A DNA stretch of 63,440 nt, filler included, from Klebsormidium nitens (Eukaryota > Plantae > Klebsormidiophyceae): the NCBI GenBank assembly GCA_000708835.1. It is 6 parts of 6 records of this genome, joined end to end, with 100 filler letters (N's around TTAATTAATTAA, not from the genome) between each part and the next. Parts side by side here need not be neighbours in the genome. Positions count along the whole stretch, not along the records: positions 1 to 9,242 come from DF237501.1; 5 more parts are not named here. One strand, written 5' to 3'. Under the pieces are notes generated by a model, which did not search any database, had not been told where the DNA came from, and saw only the letters and a program-made list of their open reading frames with translations. Shown here piece by piece: positions 1 through 9,342 of the stretch (position 1 is its first letter; each line of letters starts with the position of its first letter). The position numbers were made by a program, and so were the translations under genes.

Positions 1-772
1 CCGTACGAGCTTGCCCGTGCATCGCAGTCCTCGCAACGCCTCCTGCTACACCCCTCGCTCCCCCTCTACCTAACCCCAAACCCCCACGCTGTTGCTTCGG
101 CTGCGCCTCCATCACGTACTCTCCCGCTCCCAACCACCATACGTACTCACCTCCATCAGGATCGAACGACGGCGACAACCTCACAGGGTCGTCACTTGCG
201 CCCGGCTTCAAGATCAAAGTTCCAACCCAACCTTTGGGAAGGAAATGTGTAGTCAACTCTGCCTTGGAGACGATGCTGTAGCCTTCGGAGTTCACCAACG
301 AAATCAACGGCTCCTTGGTAATCGCGGCAGCATCGGGGAAAGCCACCAAAACCGCATTGGGGACCAAAACTTCATCAGGCGCCCCTAGCTCTTCGGTCAC
401 CCCCTGCTCCACTTCCTTTTCTCCCTTCTCTTTGTCCTCCCTTCCGCTGTTATCCCCTCTCATCGAAACCCCATCTCCCGTGTTACCCTTTGCAGCAACG
501 TTGGAAGTAGTTCCCCCTTCAGCTCCATTGCCAGTCCCTGGAGCCGGCTCTTTGGGATCGGCGGGCGGCACCTCCGTCTCCACGCCCTTCACATCCTTCT
601 GCTTAGCGTCTCCGAGCGTACCCACAGCACCCGTCGGTGCCGAATGCGCTCCATGATCTTTGGTCACGCGCGAGGCCCCGACAACCGCAGCTACCGTAGC
701 CACGGGAGCCGAATTCGCCGACCGATTCCTGCTTGCAGGTGGCCGGACTCCCAAAGGGGCCAATGATGCCAT
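1..772 (-). CDS. Hypothetical protein, 3'-partial (runs off the window start). Low-complexity charged N-half followed by a small globular domain.
   Basis: Manual translation gives an ORF from ATG at 772 (CAT 770-772, right after a ctgcag acceptor-like site) with no stop to position 1: MASLAPLGVRPPASRN...EDKEKGEKEVEQ...PLISLVNSEGYSIVSKAELTTHFLPKGWVGTLILKPGASDDPVRLSPSFDPDGGEYVWWLGAGEYVMEAQP. It is absent from the ORF track because it has no stop. Confidence 0.55.
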   Translation of the reverse strand, partial: MASLAPLGVRPPASRNRSANSAPVATVAAVVGASRVTKDHGAHSAPTGAVGTLGDAKQKDVKGVETEVPPADPKEPAPGTGNGAEGGTTSNVAAKGNTGDGVSMRGDNSGREDKEKGEKEVEQGVTEELGAPDEVLVPNAVLVAFPDAAAITKEPLISLVNSEGYSIVSKAELTTHFLPKGWVGTLILKPGASDDPVRLSPSFDPDGGEYVWWLGAGEYVMEAQPKQQRGGLGLGRGGARGVAGGVARTAMHGQART

Positions 773-1832
773 CTGCAGTATTGAAAAGAATTCCCTTTAC
801 GCCCCGGGTGTCACTCTTCATGGAAACGTCCTACTATACAAACAACAAAGCAACGGAGCACTCAGATGGATTAAAGACAGCGTCCTACCTTTGACGGTAA
901 TTTCTGAGCTAATCTTCTCTGCATAAATAATCTTAGACCCGACATGTTCCCCCGTGCAAGTAAACGGATTGCTACTGAGTCTAGTTCTATGTGTGCACGG
1001 AAACAACAGGAACAGATTCTAGAATGCTGGCAAAATCAATGATGAACTAGTGTACGATTGACATATATTTTAAATATGCTATGCTCCCAAGCGCCGGTAT
1101 GGAAAAGCAACGAGATACTTTTATTAGAATTCCCTAGAGCTAACTACCGAGTCTAGGTGGCCAGGGTCCAACGGCGAACAGTCACGGAACGGGTATGGTC
1201 ACAGATAAATACGCTATGCTACCGAGCCTCGGTACGGCGTGGCCCCGCAGGTTATCGAGCAGCTCCACCATCACTACAAGGTCTTCACATACCGAGCCTC
1301 GGTAGCAAAATATTTTACCGGCTCCGACAGCTAACCATTACCGATAACGGTTACCGAGCAACTAGAGGCGAGTGAAAAGGCGAGTGAGAAGAAACCATTA
1401 CCGGGACCATTACCGTAAGCTCATATTTCAAAAACAATGGGAAAAGTCTGTTTCTACCGAGCCTCGGTAGAAACCGACCACAAGGGACCGGCACAAAACA
1501 TAGCTACAATGTCAAAAAACGGGACGGGGTTGACCGTTACCGCTTACCGTTACCGCACGATATCGCCGTTTGCTTGCGCCCCTTATCCGTCCTCACAATG
1601 CCCCTTTACAATTAACTTGGATTATGACGGGACCACCCGGCGGCGTCGCTTGTGACAAAACCGCGGGGAATCTAAAAAGATTGACGGGACAAGGGTCTGA
1701 GTCTACATACGTGGTATGGACTATGATATTTGTAGAATCTTTAGGCTTCCTCCAATGTTGGCTCTCTCCCTGTGGGCGCGGCACAAATTACTGTAAATTA
1801 CAGTCCGATATGGAGCATTCTGATTGGTTGTT

Positions 1833-1885
1833 TGGATATGGGCATCCACCACGTTGGATATGGGCATCCAACCACGTTGGATATG
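1833..1885. repeat. Short 24-25 bp tandem repeat (ttggatatgggcatcca(a)ccacg), ~2.3 units
   Basis: Directly visible; each unit has an internal TGGAT...ATCCA inverted repeat. Confidence 0.7.
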
Positions 1886-2540
1886 AACCATAGGTTTGGA
1901 TTTAGTAATCATTGGACCATCCCCTAGATCCACCCATTCCCATTATCGTCAATCTGCGTGGCCAACCGATGGCCGTCCGATAGGGTCGGGTTATCCGGAT
2001 GACACGTCCTACGGCCCACAGAATCGCGATATTTATCGTTACACACGCATTTAACACTGCTCACATAACAAATACAGTCGGTCCTTCATGGATACCAGTG
2101 TAACGCTTTCCCCCGGCCGCATCGTTTCGCGCAATCAGACTGGAAAATGGGGTACGGTATAAGTAATGGTAGTGCCCGGTGGAAACGATGGCTACCGAGA
2201 TCTCGGTAGCATTTGCATTTGTAGCTTCATTTCTTTTTAGTGAGCGACGGAGCGGATTTTCTGGGGCGCCCAANNNNNNNNNNNNNNNNNNNNNNNNNNN
2301 NNNNNNNNNNNNNNNNNNNNNNNNNNNNNNNNNNNNNNNNNNNNNNNNNNNNNNNNNNNNNNNNNNNNNNNNNNNNNNNNNNNNNNNNNNNNNNNNNNNN
2401 NNNNNNNNNNNNNNNNNNNNNNNNNNNNNNNNNNNNNNNNNNNNNNNNNNNNNNNNNNNNNNNNNNNNNNNNNNNNNNNNNNNNNNNNNNNNNNNNNNNN
2501 NNNNNNNNNNNNNNNNNNNNNNNNNNNNNNNNNNNNNNNT

Positions 2541-2721
2541 CAAGGTGGTCCGTTGCTACCGAGGCTCGGCAGCTCACCCTTGTTTGAGTCACGCTGGTCC
2601 GTTGCTACCGAGGCTCGGCATCTCACCCTTGTTTGAGTCACGCTGGTCTGTTGCTTCCGAGCCTCGGCAGCTCACGCTTCTTTTAGTCACGCTGGTCCGT
2701 TGCTACCGAGCCTCGGTAGCA
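2541..2721. repeat. ~49-bp tandem repeat (about 4 units), each unit carrying one palindrome copy
   Basis: Unit cacgctggtccgttgctaccgaggctcggcagctcacccttgtttgagt is visibly repeated right after the N gap at 2274-2540, which probably hides more units. Confidence 0.85.
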
Positions 2722-3096
2722 TTGCCCCGTAGTAGCAGCAGCAGCCTGTTTCCTCAGGAAGCTACCGAGCCTCGGTAGCTTCTGCCGTTTCATGTGGACT
2801 ATCCTGGTACCTTATTCTTACGCTAGTCATTAGTAACCGAGGCTCGGTAGCAAACGATATCCCCATTTGTTACTTCTCCCGCGATCCTCCGTTGCTGCCG
2901 AGCCTTTGCAACAGCCGCAGGCAGATTCGCTGATAATGTACCGAGCCTCGTTAGCAAACGCTGTTTCCTACCTTGCCCGTACTTTGGCCAGTCGCCACCG
3001 AGCCTCGGTAGCTTTCCTCCGTTGCAGCTGCTGTTGGTGGTGTTTCGTTGAACTGAACCAAGTGATCCTTTGCTGCTCCCTGCAGACGACTCTCAG

Positions 3097-6000
3097 ATGA
3101 TCGGAAATCTTGGGAAAGCCGTCCATTCTAAAACGAGTGGGACGTGGGAGTGGGGCGAAAAGAACAGTCGTGACAGTAGGTCTGAGAGCACCGTCGAAAT
3201 GGGAGGGGCAAAGGGAGGGGCAAAGGGAGGGGCAAAGGGAGATGCAAAGGGAAAGGGTGGGCTTAAGAGGGTGGCAACCGCGGAGGCCGAGGGCAGTGGC
3301 AAGGCGGCTAAGAAGCAGAAGCCCGAGGCCGCTGGTGGGGCTGGACCAGTAGTGCCAAAATCCAAGAGGAGCGGTCCCGTGAAGAAGGGACGGGACGCCC
3401 GGTTCGACCGGTGGGGAGGAGGAGTTGACGGAAGTGCCGCCCGCGCATGTCAAGGTCACCACCCCGGGAAAGATGAAGGCGGGCGTAAGCACTCTGGGGA
3501 TTCGGGCTGCGCAGGGGGTCCTTTCGAAGCTGGAAAAGACCTACCTGCAGACCACCCTGCAGGATCAGATCAAAGATTTCGTCCCGGATGATCTGAGAAA
3601 GATCAAGCCTGATGGGATAGTGACCATCCCTATCGGGTATCTCTCGACCGAGGACGAGATGATCGGAGGGGAGCTGGTGTCCTTCAACCCGCGTCAGCTG
3701 AACGCAGAAGGAGTGGCGCGGATCCGGCAGAGGTTCCGTATCAATGGGTTCGACACGACGAGGTCCATTTTGACGGGGGTCGTGTCGGTGAGTAGGTTGG
3801 TTTTATTTGTAGAAGGAATAGTGGAATGGGAGGGTGATATTGTGATGGATATTTTGCAGGGCTTTGGTGATTATTGGCGACCATTGCTTGTAAGGAAAGA
3901 TGCACAAGTTGCAAGAGTTGTTGGATTGCTTGTGATTCGGATGACAACGCACCTTCAAATGGAATCAATCTGGCTCGTCATGGGGATCGAATATGTTCTT
4001 TGTCAACATTGCAGTACAATGGGAAGACCTTCCCGATGGACAAGAAAATGCGGGATACCTGGGACGAGGTGGAGAGAGAGAGCATCAAGGATTGGAAGGA
4101 GTATTTGGAGAAGACGAAGGAGACAAGCCCTCTGAGTGCGTGGACGCTGAAGCACATCGCAGGAGAGGGGAAGTCGTGGGGGAACAAAGTGAACGTGTCC
4201 GACGGCAAGCACAGGTGAGTATAGATTGGAGATGTTATGAGAGAGTACAATAGGAGTATGTCTGTCCAAACGGTGGCTCGTTCCTCATTTTATCTAGTTG
4301 CTACGGAGCCTTTGTAGGAATGCTGAGGAGAAGATTGGTGGGTTGTGTTGCTTCTGTGACTGGTGGTTTCAATAAAGCTGACAGGTTTTGTTGGGGATGA
4401 TGGACAGCTGTGCTTTGCTGATTGGCTGAACGGCACGCAAAGTGGCCCGTTGCTACCGAGCCTCGGTAGAATAGCACAGAGCAAGCAGAATGACGCCGTT
4501 GCTACCGAGCCTCGGTAGATTTGCGAAGAGGCGCGTTGCTACAGAGCCCTGGTAGGATAGTCCACAATGTTCTGAATACTTTATCTTGTGGTGTGGGATT
4601 CACAAATACTTTGCTNNNNNNNNNNNNNNNNNNNNNNNNNNNNNNNNNNNNNNNNNNNNNNNNNNNNNNNNNNNNNNNNNNNNNNNNNNNNNNNNNNNNN
4701 NNNNNNNNNNNNNNNNNNNNNNNNNNNNNNNNNNNNNNNNNNNNNNNNNNNNNNNNNNNNNNNNNNNNNNNNNNNNNNNNNNNNNNNNNNNNNNNNNNNN
4801 NNNNNNNNNNNNNNNNNNNNNNNNNNNNNNNNNNNNNNNNNNNNNNNNNNNNNNNNNNNNNNNNNNNNNNNNNNNNNNNNNNNNNNNNNNNNNNNNNNNN
4901 NNNNNNNNNNNNNNNNNNNNNNNNNNNNNNNNNNNNNNNNNNNNNNNNNNNNNNNNNNNNNNNNNNNNNNNNNNNNNNNNNNNNNNNNNNNNNNNNNNNN
5001 NNNNNNNNNNNNNNNNNNNNNNNNNNNNNNNNNNNNNNNNNNNNNNNNNNNNNNNNNNNNNNNNNNNNNNNNNNNNNNNNNNNNNNNNNNNNNNNNNNNN
5101 NNNNNNNNNNNNNNNNNNNNNNNNNCTTTCCCATTTTCAGGGTGGAAGCGGTGAGGGAGGAGCAAAAAGCGAACTTCCACTCCCTGAAGCTGGACCCCCA
5201 AGGCAAGAGGCACCCGATGGTGAAGGTGCAACTGCTGGACGCGTCATCGGACATGATGGGGAAGCTGCTGGCGTCCTGCAACGCAATCAACGAGCAAACC
5301 TCGCAGGGCATCCAGAAGCAGACCATCCCGCTCAAGATCATGACAGTCAGGAAGCTGTTGAGGAATCTCACGGCAGACCAAGTGGAAGAGCGGTTCCCGC
5401 CCAAGGTAAGAATATTAGGACAATACCAATGTAGAGACTCTGAAAGTGTTGCGCTGAATATGGGTCACAGGCAATATGCGTAGGTGTTGTTGCTGCCGCT
5501 GCCAGGATGCAGATTGCTGGATACATGGGGAGGCTACGAAGGAGTTGAAATTGAGCGAGGTACACATAAACTGGTCTCAAACGTTCTGCTAACATCGAAT
5601 ACGACATAATGCAGACGCTGGAGGCGATGTCGACAATGGCGGGCAACAAGCTGAGCCTGGAGTACGTTTACTACAAGCCCGTGGGGTCGGAGAAAGTGGA
5701 GAAGATCGCCAAGCTCCTGGTGGCCATGATGGTGGACCCCGTCTTCGAGTAAGTTTGCTTTTACTTTTGTGACGTTGATTCCGTGCTTGCTACCGAGGCT
5801 CGGTAGCAAGCAGGAAAGCTCTTCCAAACAGTTGACCATGGTTCATTCTACTTCTTCAATGAAGGCCACTTTAGACAAGAACTTGCTTGCTACCGAGCCT
5901 CGGTAGCGAGCAGATCTTTTAGACCATAGCAAAGCAAGTGTAGGGGCTCGTAGAAGGGATGATAGTCTTGGTTTCTCGATAGCTACCGATCCTCGGTAGC

Positions 6001-9000
6001 GGGACTCGTTATAAGGGGTATATAGTGCATCCAACCCTTCGTGACAGAGGGGATACGGATGTGGCACTCCGCTCCAGATCAGTCCGTTGTTACCGAGCCT
6101 CGGTAGGGTGCATCCAGACCAATAGTACTTTGCTACGGAGCATCGGCAGCATGCTGTATTTGAGAATCTCGTGGCGATCTGATAGAGAGATTTGGCAGTA
6201 ACTAATGTGATTTTGGTGCGCTTATAGGGACGACGTGGCGGGCTGGCAAAAGGCAGACAACCCCCCCGACTCCACGCCCTTCGCTTCGATGTGCAATGCG
6301 AAGCAGAGCGAGATGCGGAGGCTCTGCACGGCAGCCAACCACGCGGCGGGATCGGGGTACGAGAAGGCGCTAGAAGCCATCACCCAGGACACGGAGATTG
6401 CAGAGGGCTTGGGGAAGGAGGACCTGTACACGCTGGTGGGTACGGGCTTGAGTGAGGAATGGGTGGAGGAAGCGGTGTGGAGAATCTTTGTGAAGAAGCC
6501 GGCGCAAGCGGAAGAAGAGGGGTTCGGGAGGTCGTTGGAGAAGATACGGCAGATGTGCAAGGGGTTGGGGTACGCGTACGAGGTCATGGGGGAGGGGCTG
6601 CAGTGGCTGCGGAGGCTGAAGATCCTGAAGGATGAGCCGGTGTCGAAGGACGGGACCCCGGACATCTCGTGGAACTTCGCCTCAACGGATGCGAAGGCGT
6701 TGTTCCGGGTGAAGAAGTCGGTGGAGTACCCGGAATGGGTCATGAGGCTGGCGTTCAGCAAGACGAAGAAGGGGGCGCACTTGGCGCGGTACATGTTCGG
6801 GCAGGGGCAGGAGTGCAAGGAGAAGGCGAGCGCCAAGACAAAGAAGAGCAAGGACGTGGAGGAGGCGGGCAAGAGGTCGGTCTGCCAGTACCTACAGTGG
6901 CTATTCCCGCCGTCGGAGGGTTGGACGGACGCGCAGGGGCTGTACTCGGGGGTGCCGGAGGCGCTGGACCTGCGTAAGAACGTGCTAGAGGCGATCGCGA
7001 CTGGGGCTGTGTTTGGTGGAAAGTGGGAGGTTGAATCAGCACCGGCGACGGTGTACAATCTCGAGGACGAGAAGAAGCTCGGGGTGCCGTTAGAGAGGGA
7101 CTGTGGGGGGGAAGTTCCGGAGGGACTGATCGAGCTTGGGAAGGAAACGGGGCGGGAATACATCACGAGGAAGGTCGGGGCGTACAAATTGAACGTCCAG
7201 ATTGGAGTAGAGGACGTCGCGGAGGAGGGTCGGGAGGGAGAGGGGAGGCAAAGCCTGTCCATCAGCTCGACGGAGGTTTACAACGTGGTGGAGGAGTCAA
7301 ACTCCTTCGTTTTGCCGTCGGTAGCGAAGCTGGTGGAGGGATTGGAGTATCTGTGGCTGCTTGACGACGGAGACTGGGAGGAGAAGAAGAAGGGGGTGGA
7401 CCTGGTGTGGTTCAACGTGCCGCTGCCTCGGTGCGTGCTTACCGACCCGGAGGCGGCAAAGTATGACCCGCGGCAGCAGCGGCCGTGGGAGACGGACGAG
7501 GTGCTGGGGGCGCTGGAGCTAGCGAAGAAGCTCCTAACGCCTGCGGGGGTGCTGGTGGTGGTGGCACCTGTGGGGTTCCCGGAGTCGGCGTTGGAGGGGA
7601 CGAGTTACACTGGGATGGTCACCGCCGTGAGATCGACTGTTACGTTGGTGATGGATTTCAAGAAGTCGAAGGTGAGAAGGTCCTATAGTTGAATAATAGT
7701 TAGCCATTCATGTAGATCAATTGAGAGTTGGTTGTTTGTGGTTAACGCCAGAGGACAATTGAACACAACTTATTCCTAAAGTAGTGTGTCCTGCTGGTTT
7801 CCTACGGCATGGCAAAATAGGACTATTGGAAAGATAGCAATTGAACGTGCCTTCCGACTTGCTTGCAGGACACGACCAAGCACGTGTACGGCTGCCAGGG
7901 CAACACGTTCCACGTCTACTACGTGACGGTGGCGGCGTCGGACCTGACGTCCATGGTGAAGGGAAGTGCGTGGAGGGACACTCTTGAAGGGGTACCTTTC
8001 CACGGAATCTTGAAGAAGCACGGCTCGTACAAGGTACGGTCCCGTTTCTGCGTAATGCAAAGTTTGTCTTCCCTTTTGGTCTGAAAGTGTCATTGGCCTG
8101 AGAGTGTCTTGGGTTTTACGCTCATTTGTTCGAATCGTGAAGGAGTGACTGTTTTTGGAAAAGGCATGGAGGTGCGCACTCCAATTGCGGTCCTCCTACC
8201 GAGGCCCGGTAGGAAACGGAACTTGTGTAGTCCGTTTGATAGGGATCGTCATACAAGCTACCGAGGCTCGGTATAAACGGATCAGGGGAGAACAAATAGC
8301 GAGCTGGAAGGAGGCTCGATACTGAGGCATTGCTACCGAGACTCGGTAGCAATCTGCAAAGCATGTTGTTGCTCCTCTTTACTCGTCATTGCTACCGAGG
8401 CTCGGTAGTCCAGCCTCCTTGGACTGAGCTGTGAGTGATGTTGCATGTTATGCTTTAACGGGAAAGTTGATTATTTCCTCTCTGCCGTGTCATGTTCAGC
8501 CCTACTCTTTCCTTGAGTGGGAGGCCTCTGGCAAGGGGCTGTCGACCAAGATGGTGACGAGCCTGGTCGGGGGGGTGCCGCCGCGCGGTGGGACTGCCGT
8601 CGTGCTCAACGCCAAGGGGGGCAGGGAGGTGTCGGCCATCTCAAAGGCCGGCTTAAAAGTCCTCGCGACGTACTCCGAAGCCAAGGAGACGTTCCCTGGA
8701 TTGCTCGAGGATTCGAAGACCGGGAAGAAGTGGGGGGGTACCGACGGGTCAGCAGAAGAGCAGGTGGAGAAGGGGCCGACAGAAACGGCCCCGACGGAGA
8801 CGGCCGGAGCTGGACAGTTGAAGGGGAAGGAGAAGACCGCGGAGTATGCAGAGTCGGTAGCCGGAGACACCGGCAGGGATAAGTCTGCGGAGGATGAGGA
8901 TGAGGAGAGGGCCGAGATCGAGGACGAGCTTGCGGAGGCCGCGGCGGAGGGTGAGGAGGGCGAGTCGGAGCCTGCAGAGGGTGAGGAGGAGGAGGGCGGG

Positions 9001-9201
9001 GAGGAGCCTGCAGAGGGTGAGGAGGGGACAACAGAGGAGAAGGGCGAGGAGGGTGCGGGGGACAAGGAAGGGGAGAAGGCCGCGGGGACGGCACAGCTGA
9101 AGGCAGCTGGGGGCTCCGGAGAGGCAGGCGAGTCAATCGCCGGCAGCTCGGACCCCTACACTCTAGAATTGAAGCGTTTGGACGCTGAGAAGGGAGAGTA
9201 A
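3097..9201 (+). CDS. Multi-exon ParB/Srx-like domain protein fused to a degenerate beta-class (N6/N4) DNA methyltransferase-like domain, with Lys-rich N-terminus and acidic C-tail
   Basis: Exons with GT-AG borders: ~3097-3787 (one 1-nt frameshift near 3385-3390), 4015-4214, [gap 4616-5125], 5141-5405, 5506-5559, 5615-5748, 6228-7671, 7869-8033, 8500-9201. Phases match wherever no gap intervenes. ParB-like motifs: FNPRQLNAEGVARIRQRFRINGF and VNVSDGKHR. MTase-like motifs in beta order: VDLVWFNVPLP (motif IV, DPPY-like), ALELAKKLLTPAGVLVVV, and LSTKMVTSLVGGVPPRGGTAVVLNAKGGREVSAISKAGLKVLA (motifs X-I-II-like). The last exon may instead splice at GTAAGG near 9198. Confidence 0.7.
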
Positions 9202-9242
9202 GGTTGATTGTAGATAACACGGTTGTGGAGTCATTGGATAAA

Positions 9243-9342
9243 NNNNNNNNNNNNNNNNNNNNNNNNNNNNNNNNNNNNNNNNNNNNTTAATTAATTAANN
9301 NNNNNNNNNNNNNNNNNNNNNNNNNNNNNNNNNNNNNNNNNN
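9243..9342. other. Artificial contig linker (N44-TTAATTAATTAA-N44)
   Basis: Exactly 100 bp with a core giving stop codons in all six frames at 9287-9298; identical to four other linkers. Confidence 0.97.

Larger units (their letters stand above)
1144..8408. repeat. Dispersed 19-bp palindrome family GCTACCGAG(C/G/A)CTCGGTAGC, about 25 good-to-degenerate copies
   Basis: Copies start at about 1218, 1290, 1451, 2191, 2555, 2604, 2653, 2702, 2761, 2833, 2938, 2994, 4452, 4501, 5789, 5889, 5982, 6089, 6132, 8195, 8257, 8332 and 8391, with further degenerate copies at 1144, 2894, 4300 and 4538. All lie in intergenic DNA or in introns of the ParB-like gene. Confidence 0.95.

Noticed and set aside
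3380-3425. Frameshift between the Lys-rich N-terminus and the ParB domain as a programmed frameshift
   Set aside because: Removing one G from aagaagggacggg restores the frame (KKDGTPGSTGGEEEL). No slippery heptamer is visible, and similar homopolymer indels break the essential LSM4 gene, so a sequencing error or simple mutation is more likely.
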